Of a stretch of DNA of 64,000 bases, positions 17,075-26,497 are shown in pieces. The notes under the pieces were generated by a model. That model did no database searches. It worked only from the letters and a program-made list of their open reading frames with translations, and was not told the DNA's origin. This stretch comes from an uncultured Acidobacteriota bacterium. Its GTDB lineage: Bacteria > Acidobacteriota > Terriglobia > Terriglobales > Acidobacteriaceae. The stretch covers positions 5,100-69,099 of the forward strand of contig CAVRDS010000074.1 of assembly GCA_963719865.1 (NCBI GenBank). Direction: 5' to 3'. Position numbers and translations under genes: made by a program. The first letter of the stretch is position 1, and every line of letters begins with the position of its first letter.

Positions 17075-18844
17075 ATGCAGGGAAAGCCACGGATGGCCCC
17101 GACCAGGGCCGTCCTGACCAGGGTTGCGCTGACCAGACTTGTCACGACAAGGGGTGTCTTAGCGACCATCTCGGCCGCTCTCGTGCTGTGTCTGAGCCTG
17201 CTCGTGTGGGCGGAGGGCGCGGCGGGAGGCTCCAAGACCCCATCTGTGCACCTGCCCGGTCCCGCGTTCAGCGCACTTGAATCCATCACGCCCGATCACA
17301 TTCGCTGGCATGTGCGTTATCTGGCTCACGATCTGCTCGAAGGCCGCGGCACCGGCCAGCGTGGCGGAGATATCGCCGCCGAATACATTGCTACCCAGTT
17401 CGCCGAATACGGACTGAAGCCCGCGGGCGATCACGGCACTTACATGCAAAAAGTTCCGCTGGTCGGAATCACGACGCTGCCGGAAACCACCTTTTCTCTG
17501 GTGCCCAAGCGCGGCGAGACCATGAATCTCAAGCCGCTCGACGAATACGTTGCGTACGATCTCAGCCAGCAGCCGCAATCGGACGTCGATGCCGATATCG
17601 TTTTCGTCGGCTATGGGATCTCGGCTCCCGAGTACAACTGGGACGATTACAAGGGCGCCGACGTTCGCGGCAAAGTTCTGCTCATGCTGGTGAATGAGCC
17701 GCCCTCCGACGATCCCAAATTTTTCAAAGGCAAGGTCCTGACGTACTACGGCCGCTGGACTTACAAATACGAAGAGGCCGCGCGCAGAGGCGCAATCGGC
17801 GTGCTTCTGGTTCACCAGGCCGAGATGGCCAGCTATCCCTGGGAAGTGGTGCGCAATTCGAACTCCGGCGAAAAGGCTTCGCTGAAACTCGACGGCCCCG
17901 CGCTCAAGGTCGCTTCCTGGATTCATTACGACGTTGCCACTCACCTCGCTGCTGCGTCCGGCATGAATCTCGAGAAGATGATCGCCTCCGCGCAATCGCG
18001 TGACTTTCATCCTGTGAACCTCGCCGCTCACCTCAAGGCCCACATGGTCAGCAAGATCCGCAACTTCGAATCCAACAATGTGCTTGCGATTCTTCCCGGT
18101 TCCGATCGTCGCGTTGCCGACGAAGCTGTAGTCTACACCGCACACTACGATCACTTCGGCATCCGTCCCGATATGCCCGGCGACAATATCTTCAATGGCG
18201 CGCAAGACAACGCTACCGGATGCGGCATTCTTCTCGAACTGGCTCGCGCCTTCGGATCGGCTGCGGAGCGACCGCGCCGCTCGATTCTGTTTGCCTCCGT
18301 CACTGCCGAAGAGCAAGGCCTGCTCGGTTCGGAATATCTGGGGAAACATCCGCCGATTCCCGCGGGAAAAATCACGCTCGATTTGAATTATGACGATGTG
18401 AAGCCCTTGGGAGCGCCCGAAGAAGTCGAAGTCTCCGGCGCCGAGCGCACAACTTTTTATCCGGACGTGGAAGCGACCGCGAAGGAGTTCCGTCTCGCCA
18501 TTCGTCCCGATGCCCGCCCTGAGGCTGGTCATTTTTACCGCTCCGATCATTTCAGCATGGCGCGGGTCGGCGTTCCTTCGTTCTCCATCAATGAGGGCAT
18601 GAAGTTCAAAGGGCATCCAGAATCGTGGGGCATCGAGCAGGAGCGGGAATACGTCGAGAAGCATTATCACCAGCCGAGCGACGAATACCACCCCGAGATG
18701 GATTTTGTCGGCGACTCGGCGATGGCCCGCTTCGGCTTCGCCCTGGGATGGGAAGCCGCCAGCCTGCCCAAGCTCATCGGCTGGCAAAAGGGCGACGAGT
18801 TTGAGGGCGCGCGGATCAAGAGCCTCCGGCTCCCCGCATTCTGA
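17075..18844 (+). CDS. M28-family metallopeptidase with PA domain, secreted or membrane-anchored
   Basis: RGTGQRGGDIAAEYI..., NVLAILPGSD..., YTAHYDHFG, DNATGCGILLELARAF, SILFASVTAEEQGLLGS. ATG at 17075 has GGGGAGA upstream. Confidence 0.8.
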   Translation: MQGKPRMAPTRAVLTRVALTRLVTTRGVLATISAALVLCLSLLVWAEGAAGGSKTPSVHLPGPAFSALESITPDHIRWHVRYLAHDLLEGRGTGQRGGDIAAEYIATQFAEYGLKPAGDHGTYMQKVPLVGITTLPETTFSLVPKRGETMNLKPLDEYVAYDLSQQPQSDVDADIVFVGYGISAPEYNWDDYKGADVRGKVLLMLVNEPPSDDPKFFKGKVLTYYGRWTYKYEEAARRGAIGVLLVHQAEMASYPWEVVRNSNSGEKASLKLDGPALKVASWIHYDVATHLAAASGMNLEKMIASAQSRDFHPVNLAAHLKAHMVSKIRNFESNNVLAILPGSDRRVADEAVVYTAHYDHFGIRPDMPGDNIFNGAQDNATGCGILLELARAFGSAAERPRRSILFASVTAEEQGLLGSEYLGKHPPIPAGKITLDLNYDDVKPLGAPEEVEVSGAERTTFYPDVEATAKEFRLAIRPDARPEAGHFYRSDHFSMARVGVPSFSINEGMKFKGHPESWGIEQEREYVEKHYHQPSDEYHPEMDFVGDSAMARFGFALGWEAASLPKLIGWQKGDEFEGARIKSLRLPAF

Positions 18845-18967
18845 AAGCCATTGGTATCCAGCCTGCAAACACAAGTACGGATGCGGCGATTGCCGTTGCG
18901 CCTCCAAGGAACCACAGGAGCGCAACCTTGAAGCTCACGGCGGCGCGGTGTTTGTGTTGGCCCATTG

Positions 18968-19426
18968 TCAATGAGTGCGATGGCGATGTTTCGCCACCTG
19001 TGACTCGGTGCCTCGTAAGAACGCCTCTGCACGTTGGATAACCGCGTCGCGCAGTTCGGGCGTGACGGATACCGACCCGTTGGGGTCAATGCCATCAATT
19101 CGCACGAAAATGCGCAGTTCGGGCATTTGCAGGTGTGCGTGTCGTTGGAAGATGGCACAGATTTTCAGATAGCCTTCGTAGGGGTCTAGCGTGCGTTCCA
19201 CGATTCGCTTCATCAAATGCTTCGCAGCGGTCATCGCATCTGCTCTTTGCTGCGCGAATCGTTTCGTGCGACTGTGTATCTGCATTGCCATTGACCGTGG
19301 ATCATTGGCCTCAGTAGCGTGGCCGCTCGCAACGAGCCATTCTAACGGATGGTTTAGGAAACCAGACCATTTCACGCTTTGAGCCGCAAAGCGGATTTTG
19401 CTTTGTAATGATGCGATTAGGCTCAA
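18968..19426 (-). CDS. hypothetical protein (orphan, visibly lower GC than its neighbours)
   Basis: 152-aa ORF with no recognisable motif; start uncertain (an internal MAMQIHS... is possible). Confidence 0.35.
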   Translation of the reverse strand: MSLIASLQSKIRFAAQSVKWSGFLNHPLEWLVASGHATEANDPRSMAMQIHSRTKRFAQQRADAMTAAKHLMKRIVERTLDPYEGYLKICAIFQRHAHLQMPELRIFVRIDGIDPNGSVSVTPELRDAVIQRAEAFLRGTESQVAKHRHRTH

Positions 19427-19471
19427 AACCTGGCTGAAGGTGATGGAGTTGAGCGGGAGCTTTAGCTCTTG

Positions 19472-19969
19472 CTAGGAACTCTTCAGTTTCTTTGACTTTT
19501 CCTCTACGCCGCGCGCCAGCTTTTCCTTGTGCGCGTGAAGCTTTTTCGCTACTCCCTCATCTGCAAGGCCGATCATCTGCGCTGCCAAAATTCCAGCGTT
19601 GGTTGCGCCTGGCTTGCCGATTGCGACCGTCGCCACGGGAATTCCCGCGGGCATTTGCACCGTCGCCAGCAGCGAATCCATTCCCTGCAGCGAAGTCGAA
19701 GGAATCGGGACGCCGATCACCGGGAGCGTGGTGTGCGCTGCGATGACGCCGGCCAGATGCGCGGCACCGCCAGCCCCGGCGATGATCACGCGAATACCGC
19801 GCGCCGCAGCTTTGCGCGCGAAGTCGGCAGTGCGGTCGGGCGAGCGGTGCGCCGAAGTCACATCCATCTCGTAAGCGATCCCGAATTCGTCGAGCGCCTT
19901 GCCGGCCTCGCGCATGATCTCCAGGTCCGAATCACTCCCCATCACAATCGAAACCAGCGGCTTGCTCAT
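19472..19969 (-). CDS. purE: 5-(carboxyamino)imidazole ribonucleotide mutase
   Basis: [19 protein letters not shown]...TSAHRSPDR...[14 protein letters not shown]. Confidence 0.9.
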   Translation of the reverse strand: MSKPLVSIVMGSDSDLEIMREAGKALDEFGIAYEMDVTSAHRSPDRTADFARKAAARGIRVIIAGAGGAAHLAGVIAAHTTLPVIGVPIPSTSLQGMDSLLATVQMPAGIPVATVAIGKPGATNAGILAAQMIGLADEGVAKKLHAHKEKLARGVEEKSKKLKSS

Positions 19970-20075
19970 TGATCCCCTCAAAGTAGATTTATTGTCCAGG
20001 ACTTCCCAGAGCGCGAGTTGTGCCGCGCCTAGGAGCCGCGGAAAAACTCATTTTGGCAGCAGAAAGCTAACCTCA

Positions 20076-20136
20076 GGCGCTAAAGCGCGGCCAATTTTAA
20101 AGGGCTTAGCGGCACGACTGAAGTCGTGCCCTTCCC
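20076..20136 (+). repeat. repeat family 4
   Basis: GGCGCTAAAGCGCGGCCAATTTTAAAGGGCTTAGCGGCACGACTGAAGTCGTGCCCTTCCC; resembles 25997-26055. Confidence 0.5.
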
Positions 20137-20174
20137 AACCTATTCGAGGCAGAGTTTTTCAGCATCCTGGTAGG

Positions 20175-20233
20175 GATCCTTCAACTGCGGATTGGCTACG
20201 CATTCGCGAAGCCAATCCTGCGCTCAGGATGAC
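20175..20233 (-). repeat. REP-like repeat family 1
   Basis: GATCCTTCAACTGCGG-[ATTGGCT acgcattcgcga AGCCAAT]-CCTGCGCTCAGGATGAC. Confidence 0.8.
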
Positions 20234-20282
20234 AAAACGATCACCCTTCTCGCGTACTTTTCAGGAGGGTGGGTAGTATGAG

Positions 20283-21554
20283 TCACCTCTTCAAAGCGCG
20301 TGCAGCAATGTCCTTCCGATAATGCGCGCCTTCGAACGAAATCTTCCCGCAGGCCTCATAGGCACGCGCAACGGCCGTCTGCAAATCCGCAGCCCGCGCC
20401 GTCACCCCCAGCACTCTGCCTCCGGCACTGTAATAAGCTCCCTCGCGCTTCGAGGTCCCCGCATGAAACACCTTTACTCCCTCGATCGCGCCGGCCTCCG
20501 CGAGCCCATCAATCCTTTTTCCCATCTCAAACGTTCCCGGATACCCTCCCGAGGCTATCACCACGCACACCGACGGATCCTGCGACCACTTGAAATCCCC
20601 TTCGCTCACGCGCCCTTCGATCGAAGCCTCAATCGCCTCGATCAAATCGCTCTCCAGCCGCATCAGGATCGGCTGCGTCTCCGGATCGCCGAACCGGCAG
20701 TTGAACTCCAGCACCATCGGACCGCGCGCCGTCATCATAAGCCCGCAATACAGCACGCCCTTGAACTCCGTGCCTTCCGCTTTCATTCCCGCGACCACCG
20801 GGCGCGCGATGTGGTTCACCAGCCAATCGCGCATGCCCGCATCCACCAGTTCGCTGGTCGAATACGCGCCCATGCCGCCCGTATTCGGCCCGGTGTCACT
20901 GTCGCCCACGCGCTTATGATCTTGCGCCGCCACCAGCGGGGCCACGCGCTCGCCGTCACTGAATACGAGAAACGAAAGCTCGTCGCCCTTCAAGCATTCT
21001 TCCAGCACCACGCGCGACCCGGCATCGCCCAGCATCCTGCCGCTCAACATTTCGGCCGCCACGCTGGCCGCTTCTTCTTTCGTTTTGGCGATCACGACGC
21101 CCTTGCCCGCCGCCAGCCCGTCGGCTTTCACCACCACCGGCGCATGGAAATGTCCGAGCGCCGAACGCACCTGCTCGATCGAATCGCAGATGGCAAACGG
21201 GGCTGTCGGGATGTGATGCCGCTGGAGAAATTCCTTGGCGAAACTCTTGCTCGATTCCAACCGCGCCGCTGCCTGCGTGGGACCGAACACCGGCCATTCG
21301 CGCCGGTTGAATTCGTCCACCACGCCGAGCGTCAACGGCTGCTCAGGCCCGATCACCGTCAAATCGGGCTGCAGACGCATGGCGAGCTCCACAATCGAAT
21401 TCAGACTTTTCAAATCGACGGGAAGGCATCCAGCCTCGTCCGCGATTCCGCCGTTGCCGGGGGCGCAGTAAAGCGCCGAGATCCGCGGGGACTGACGCAG
21501 TTTCCACACCAGCGCGTGCTCCCGCCCGCCTCCACCTAGGACTAGTACTTTCAT
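20283..21554 (-). CDS. purD: phosphoribosylamine--glycine ligase
   Basis: MKVLVLGGGGREHALVWKL...; ATP-grasp motifs throughout. Confidence 0.95.
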   Translation of the reverse strand: MKVLVLGGGGREHALVWKLRQSPRISALYCAPGNGGIADEAGCLPVDLKSLNSIVELAMRLQPDLTVIGPEQPLTLGVVDEFNRREWPVFGPTQAAARLESSKSFAKEFLQRHHIPTAPFAICDSIEQVRSALGHFHAPVVVKADGLAAGKGVVIAKTKEEAASVAAEMLSGRMLGDAGSRVVLEECLKGDELSFLVFSDGERVAPLVAAQDHKRVGDSDTGPNTGGMGAYSTSELVDAGMRDWLVNHIARPVVAGMKAEGTEFKGVLYCGLMMTARGPMVLEFNCRFGDPETQPILMRLESDLIEAIEASIEGRVSEGDFKWSQDPSVCVVIASGGYPGTFEMGKRIDGLAEAGAIEGVKVFHAGTSKREGAYYSAGGRVLGVTARAADLQTAVARAYEACGKISFEGAHYRKDIAARALKR

Positions 21555-21680
21555 AAATTTCAGAGCCAATCAGGTTAGGGGTTGAAGACGAATGCTGTCA
21601 AACGCCGCCGGAGGTGGAACGATGTCACTCGCGCTGTTTGTGGTGCAGATCAGCTGCGGGCGCTGCGTTTGGGGGATAGG

Positions 21681-21740
21681 GATCCTTCGACTGCGGTTTT
21701 GCTTCGTTGTTCGCGAAGCAAAATCCTCGCTCAGGATGAC
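21681..21740 (-). repeat. REP-like repeat family 1
   Basis: GATCCTTCGACTGCGG-[TTTTGCTTCG ttgttcgc GAAGCAAAA]-TCCTCGCTCAGGATGAC. Confidence 0.8.
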
Positions 21741-22043
21741 AAATTTTGGGGGGCCGGCGTTTTTCTCGACCTTTGGTCTCGTCCTCAGCCTCCACTTCAA
21801 ATACGCCCTCACCAGCGAAATCAAGTCTTCTAGCAACTCCTTCGGCGAGTCCGGCCGCGTTTAGGATGCGCAATATGCAACGGATATGATCCTCGGCGAT
21901 CCGGCTTCGCATGCAGTGGGCCTCAGGAGAACCTCGCTGATCGCTCACTGCCAGTCGAAGCCTTGTAACATGGCTGTAACCAACTCCGCGTAGGCTCGTT
22001 AAATTGCGGCATCCATGGCAGCTCGGTTGACGTTTGGACAGGC

Positions 22044-22071
22044 AATAGTATTAACTATAGTTAATACTATT
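22044..22071. promoter_or_regulatory. perfect 28-bp AT-rich palindrome, candidate operator upstream of the porin gene
   Basis: AATAGTATTAAC-TATA-GTTAATACTATT; overlaps a possible promoter (TTGACG 22027-22032, 16 nt, TATTAA 22049-22054). Confidence 0.6.
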
Positions 22072-22216
22072 CCGTATAGGACAGTTAACCACATAAGCGG
22101 GGACAGCGCACTCACCACGAACGAAAGGAAGAGCTCAAACCGGGGTGTGACTGCCGTCACATCCGGCCGTGACAGGGGCTACGGAGTGCCTGCCACTGCC
22201 TGCTTACCGTGGGGAC

Positions 22217-23725
22217 ATGAAATTGAAATTGAAATTCATTTTCAATAAGGCCGAGGCCCTGGCCCGCTTCGCGCTCCCCGCCCGCCTGCGCCAAACGGGC
22301 CGCTGCTGTGCGCTCGTGCTGGCGCTCCTGGCTGCCATCGTGCTTCCCGTGGCGGCGTGCGCCCAGCAACCGATCGCAGAGCAGGCTCCCAGCGTCCCAT
22401 CCGCAAAGGTTCCGGCCTCCGGCGTCATCGATCCCCCTCCCGCCGACAACAACCCGGAGACCATGCTGCCTCATTTCAAATCCACCCGCTTCTGGCTTTC
22501 CGGACAGGCGAATTTCATCTTCCAGACGCATCCTGACTTCCCCGCGCTCTACAGCGGCCCGCACAGCCTGAGCGATCGATATGAAAAGGCCACGTCGCGC
22601 GTCCTCACGCTTTACACCGGCTTCCGTCTCAACAACTCGACCGAGTTTCTGGCGGACGTCGAAGAAGCCGGAGGCTCGGCTCTGAGCCTGGGCTTCGGGC
22701 TCGCCGGGAACACGGATCTCGACATCGTTCGCAACCCGCTGCTCAGCAAAGCTCCCTATCTCGGCCGCGGCATGATTCACCACGTTTTTGCGCTGAGCCA
22801 AGACAAGGTCGAGAACGAGCGCAGTTTCCTCTCGCTGTTCGAGGAGTTGCCCCGCCGGCGTCTCGAAGTGCGCTTCGGCAAATTCAGCATGCCGGATTTC
22901 ATCGACAACAACTCCGTCGGGTCCGACACTCACTTCCAGTTCATCAACTGGACGACGGACAACAACGGCGTTTGGGATTATGCGGCCGATACGCGCGGCT
23001 ACACTGTGGGAGCGGTCGCCGACTTCGAAGACCGCAACTGGGGATTCCGCGTCGCTGAAGGCCTGATGCCCGTAGTGGCCAACGGCATCAATCTCGTCTG
23101 GAGGCCATGGCAGGCGCACGCCGAGAATTTCGAATACGAACTGCGTCACGGCATAATCCCGGGCAAGTCCGGCGTGATTCGCGCTCTAGCCTATACCAAC
23201 TACGCCAACATGGGCATCTACCGCGACCAGATCATCAAAGCTGCCGCGGCCGGCACGACCCCTGACATCACCAACCACCCGTGGAACATCACGCGCAAAT
23301 ACGGGTTCGGCATCAATATAGAGCAAAACCTGACCCACTCCCTGACCGCTTTTGCGCGCGCCGGATGGGACGATGGCAGGACCGAATCTTTCGCCTACAC
23401 CGAGGTTGATCAGACAGTTGCCGTGGGCGTAGGGGCCAACGGCTCCTGGTGGCATCGCAGGCAGGATCGCGCCGGTGTTGCTTTCGTCACGAACGGCATC
23501 AAGAAGGATCACCAGAACTATCTCGCCGCCGGAGGTGTGGGCTTCCTGCTCGGCGACGGCCACCTGAACTATGGTCGCGAAAACATTGTAGAGTCCTACT
23601 ACACCCTGCACTTGTGGCGCGGAATCTATGTTGCGCCCGGCCTCCAGCACATCAATGCTCCCGGCTACAATCGCGACCGCGGACCTGTCCTCGTGCCGTC
23701 GTTCCGTCTTCATACAGAGTTCTGA
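22217..23725 (+). CDS. OprB-family (carbohydrate-selective-type) outer-membrane porin
   Basis: Signal peptide ...AAIVLPVAACAQQ; C-terminus GDGHLNYGRENIVESYYTLHLWRGIYVAPGLQHINAPGYNRDRGPVLVPSFRLHTEF, typical of the OprB family. Confidence 0.75.
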   Translation: MKLKLKFIFNKAEALARFALPARLRQTGRCCALVLALLAAIVLPVAACAQQPIAEQAPSVPSAKVPASGVIDPPPADNNPETMLPHFKSTRFWLSGQANFIFQTHPDFPALYSGPHSLSDRYEKATSRVLTLYTGFRLNNSTEFLADVEEAGGSALSLGFGLAGNTDLDIVRNPLLSKAPYLGRGMIHHVFALSQDKVENERSFLSLFEELPRRRLEVRFGKFSMPDFIDNNSVGSDTHFQFINWTTDNNGVWDYAADTRGYTVGAVADFEDRNWGFRVAEGLMPVVANGINLVWRPWQAHAENFEYELRHGIIPGKSGVIRALAYTNYANMGIYRDQIIKAAAAGTTPDITNHPWNITRKYGFGINIEQNLTHSLTAFARAGWDDGRTESFAYTEVDQTVAVGVGANGSWWHRRQDRAGVAFVTNGIKKDHQNYLAAGGVGFLLGDGHLNYGRENIVESYYTLHLWRGIYVAPGLQHINAPGYNRDRGPVLVPSFRLHTEF

Positions 23726-23875
23726 GGTTGTGGTGGGACGGCGTCATTTCGCTCCGCCTACAGCTTTTCCCTGATTTCTTCTTACGATTTGGCATGCGTT
23801 AATTTGTAGGGAAAACTACGATCGCAAAGAAGAACGATCAGCAGGGCGCGGTTATTCGACTGTCGGATCCATTTC

Positions 23876-24397
23876 ATGCCGGCTCGTATTCTCATCGCTG
23901 ACGACAATCCGGCAGTCCGCACCGCGCTTCGACACCTGCTCGAGGGTCTCGATCACCCACAGATCATTGAAGCAAAAGACGGCAGGGAGGCCCTCGCCCT
24001 CGCCCTGGAGCAGCATCCCGATGCCGTCGTACTCGATCTCGCCATGCCTGTCATGGACGGCCTTACCGCCGCCCGGGAAATGTCCAAACTCCTTCCCGAC
24101 CTGCCCATCGTTATGTGCACTATGCATTCGTCGCCGCAACTCGAACTGGAAGTGCAAAAACACGGAGTGCGGACCGTTGTGCCTAAGTCGAATGCCAGCC
24201 TGCTTCTTTCGGTGATCCAACAATTCCTGCCGGCTCCTCCGCCTGACATTCCTGCTGCCTCCTCGGACCCTTCCTCCCCCGAGCCCACTCCGATCAGCCT
24301 GCCTCCCAATCCCACGTTTCTGCCTGCGGGAGCCGGTTCCACTGAAAATTCGTCGCCCGCCGATCCCGCACCAAAGGGCTCCCGCCGCGCCAGCTAA
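23876..24397 (+). CDS. single-domain response regulator (receiver) with Pro-rich C-terminal tail
   Basis: RILIADDNPAVR...DAVVLDLAMPVMDG...VVPKS; no DNA-binding domain. Confidence 0.85.
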   Translation: MPARILIADDNPAVRTALRHLLEGLDHPQIIEAKDGREALALALEQHPDAVVLDLAMPVMDGLTAAREMSKLLPDLPIVMCTMHSSPQLELEVQKHGVRTVVPKSNASLLLSVIQQFLPAPPPDIPAASSDPSSPEPTPISLPPNPTFLPAGAGSTENSSPADPAPKGSRRAS

Positions 24398-24492
24398 CCG
24401 TTTGCTGATAAATTCGAGTCGAAGTGTAAGGTGGTCCAGGCCGCTCCTTTTCTTTTTCAGGGCGCGTCATCCGCCAATCACGGCTCGAAATC

Positions 24493-24509
24493 AGTTAACT
24501 ATAGTTTAT
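24493..24509. promoter_or_regulatory. second copy of the TTAACTATAGTT palindromic core, upstream of the Nramp gene
   Basis: AGTTAACTATAGTTTAT; overlaps a possible promoter (TTAACT 24495-24500, 16 nt, TATATA 24517-24522). Confidence 0.5.
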
Positions 24510-24559
24510 GTTCTGTTATATACTTGCGCTAACTAGTCCGGGTCTTGCTCGTTGTCCGA

Positions 24560-25978
24560 ATGACCGACTCCACCACCACTCCGAAGCTTCGCCAGCAACC
24601 TCCCAACATTCCCAGCCCTACGGTCACGGTTCCCGACGATGTCGTCATTACCCACGAAGACATCGACCGCGCGCATGACCGCGAGCGGGTATGGGAAACT
24701 CGCGCCCAGCGCGGCCTCTGGTCGCGCACCCGCCTGCTCTGGCTTCTGATCGGTCCAGGCATCCTCGTCATGCTGGGGGAAAACGATGGGCCCAGCATGC
24801 TTTCCTATGCCGCTACCGGAGCCCGCTTCGGCATCGGTTTCTTCCTTCCCTTCGTGGTCCTCACCTTCGTCATGGCCTGCGTGGTGCAGGAGATGACCGT
24901 CCGCCTCGGCGCCGCTACGCACCGCGGCCACGCTGAACTCATCTTTGACCGCTTCGGCCCATTCTGGGGATGGTTCTCGATGGTCGACCTGATGGTCGGA
25001 AACTTCCTCACGCTGGTCACGGAATTTATCGCCATCCGCGCCGGCCTGGGATTTTTCGGCGTTCCGCCTTTCATCTCGGTTCTCGCCGCGTGGTTGGTGC
25101 TCTTTGCCGCCTTGATGGCTCACCGTTACTGGACCTGGGAGCGCGTAACCCTGCTCGCCGCCATGTTCAATCTGATTTTTATTCCGGTGGCGTTGTTGAG
25201 CCATCCGCACTGGCACGCGATCGGCAGCGCGTTTTTTAGCTGGAAACCGCTTCCCGGCGGGCTGACGCAAGAAACCGTGCTCATCCTGCTCGCCGATATC
25301 GGCGCCACGGTCACGCCCTGGATGCTTTTCTTTCAGCAAAGCGCCATTGCCGACAAGGGCCTGACCACCGACGACATTCGCTTCGGACGCACCGACACGG
25401 TGGTGGGCGGGGCACTGGCGGCGTTGGCCGCGCTGGCCACGATCGTCGCCACCGCGCCTCTGTTCGCCCATGGCATGACCGCCGGCAACTTCGAAGCGGC
25501 GGAGTTTGCCCAGGCCTTGCGCCCGTTTGTGGGGCAGTGGGGATCGGCGCTGTTCGCGCTGGGAATGTTTGAGGCCGGCATGGTCGCCGCGGTCACCATC
25601 TCCACTTCGTCCGCTTATGCCTTCGGAGAGGTCGCGCACCGCCCGCACAGCCTGAATCTGCCGTTCCGGCAGGGGAAATCTTTTTATCTCGTGCTGGTTC
25701 TCGAAGCGGCGGCGGCCGCCGCCCTCGTTCTCATCCCGGGGATTCCGCTGGTGTACATCGTGCTGGTGGTGAATGTGATTGCGGTTCTGGCCATGCCGCC
25801 GGCGCTGTTGTTTCTCTACATGCTGGTCAACGACCGTGAAATCATGGGCGATCTGGTCAGCCCGCTTTGGGCCAACGTTCTGGCTCTAGGAGTGGTGATC
25901 GTGCTCGTCGCCGCGGGATTGTTGTTCGGCGTGAGCGTAGTCGCGCCGCACGCCTTAGCGCTGATTGGAGGCCCGTAG
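24560..25978 (+). CDS. Nramp-family transporter with non-canonical metal-site residues
   Basis: LIGPGILVMLGENDGPSM... and ...LADIGATVTPWMLFFQQSA... align in register with the Nramp TM1 (DPGN) and TM6 (MPH) motifs; about 11 TM segments. Confidence 0.85.
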   Translation: MTDSTTTPKLRQQPPNIPSPTVTVPDDVVITHEDIDRAHDRERVWETRAQRGLWSRTRLLWLLIGPGILVMLGENDGPSMLSYAATGARFGIGFFLPFVVLTFVMACVVQEMTVRLGAATHRGHAELIFDRFGPFWGWFSMVDLMVGNFLTLVTEFIAIRAGLGFFGVPPFISVLAAWLVLFAALMAHRYWTWERVTLLAAMFNLIFIPVALLSHPHWHAIGSAFFSWKPLPGGLTQETVLILLADIGATVTPWMLFFQQSAIADKGLTTDDIRFGRTDTVVGGALAALAALATIVATAPLFAHGMTAGNFEAAEFAQALRPFVGQWGSALFALGMFEAGMVAAVTISTSSAYAFGEVAHRPHSLNLPFRQGKSFYLVLVLEAAAAAALVLIPGIPLVYIVLVVNVIAVLAMPPALLFLYMLVNDREIMGDLVSPLWANVLALGVVIVLVAAGLLFGVSVVAPHALALIGGP

Positions 25979-25996
25979 ATGGTGATATCGCGGCAG

Positions 25997-26055
25997 CGGC
26001 TAAAGCCGCATTTAGTTTGCCGCGTTTACGGCATCGCTGAAGCCACGCCCTTGCC
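25997..26055 (+). repeat. repeat family 4
   Basis: GCGGCTAAAGCCGCATTTAGTTTGCCGCGTTTACGGCATCGCTGAAGCCACGCCCTTGCC. Confidence 0.5.
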
Positions 26056-26067
26056 GGAGGCGTGGCT

Positions 26068-26105
26068 CCCCATGTCTCGCAAAAGCGGCGAGACATGGGG
26101 CACCC
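26068..26105 (+). repeat. REP-like repeat family 2
   Basis: CCCCATGTCTCGC-aaaagcg-GCGAGACATGGGG-CACCC. Confidence 0.8.
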
Positions 26106-26223
26106 CGCTTGTGTTTTTCCGCAAACTCTAAAGCGATGCCCTGATACGAATCGTTGGTTTCTTGGTCTCGACCGGCGACCGGGACGTTTACATCTGGCCT
26201 GCACTATCCGAGAGGAGGCATCA

Positions 26224-26439
26224 ATGGAATCTCGACTCAATCCCGACGAATCCTCCAGCGCAAATCTCTCTGTCGTCGCTTCGCTTGAGCCCGATCAGCT
26301 GATTTCCGCCAAGGAAAAACATCACTGCCCGCGCCGTCAACTGACGCAAACCGAAATGCTTCTGTTCTGGGCGCTCCGGTTCTATCTGGTGTTCATGTTC
26401 GGCGTCGTGATCTACCAGATCTGGACCGGCGCCCGCTAG
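26224..26439 (+). CDS. small hypothetical membrane protein
   Basis: ATG preceded by GAGGAGG; C-terminal hydrophobic segment [19 protein letters not shown]. Confidence 0.45.
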   Translation: MESRLNPDESSSANLSVVASLEPDQLISAKEKHHCPRRQLTQTEMLLFWALRFYLVFMFGVVIYQIWTGAR

Positions 26440-26497
26440 CGTTCAAGCGCGTGATGCCGACTGCGGGCACGAGGTCCCTTCGGCTGCGCTCAGGCTA

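Noticed and set aside
21625-22020. ORF with a segment (…RIAEDHIRCILRILNAAGL…) faintly reminiscent of HicA toxin C-termini
   Set aside because: The similarity is weak and there is no canonical start. The C-terminal half is read through a family-1 repeat (21681-21740), and there is no HicB-like partner. A CDS or pseudogene call cannot be supported.
22217-22250. GAAATT x3 tandem at the porin gene start (ATGAAATTGAAATTGAAATTC) as a slippage switch
   Set aside because: The unit is 6 nt, so any copy-number change stays in frame. It simply encodes MKLKLKF in the signal-peptide n-region.
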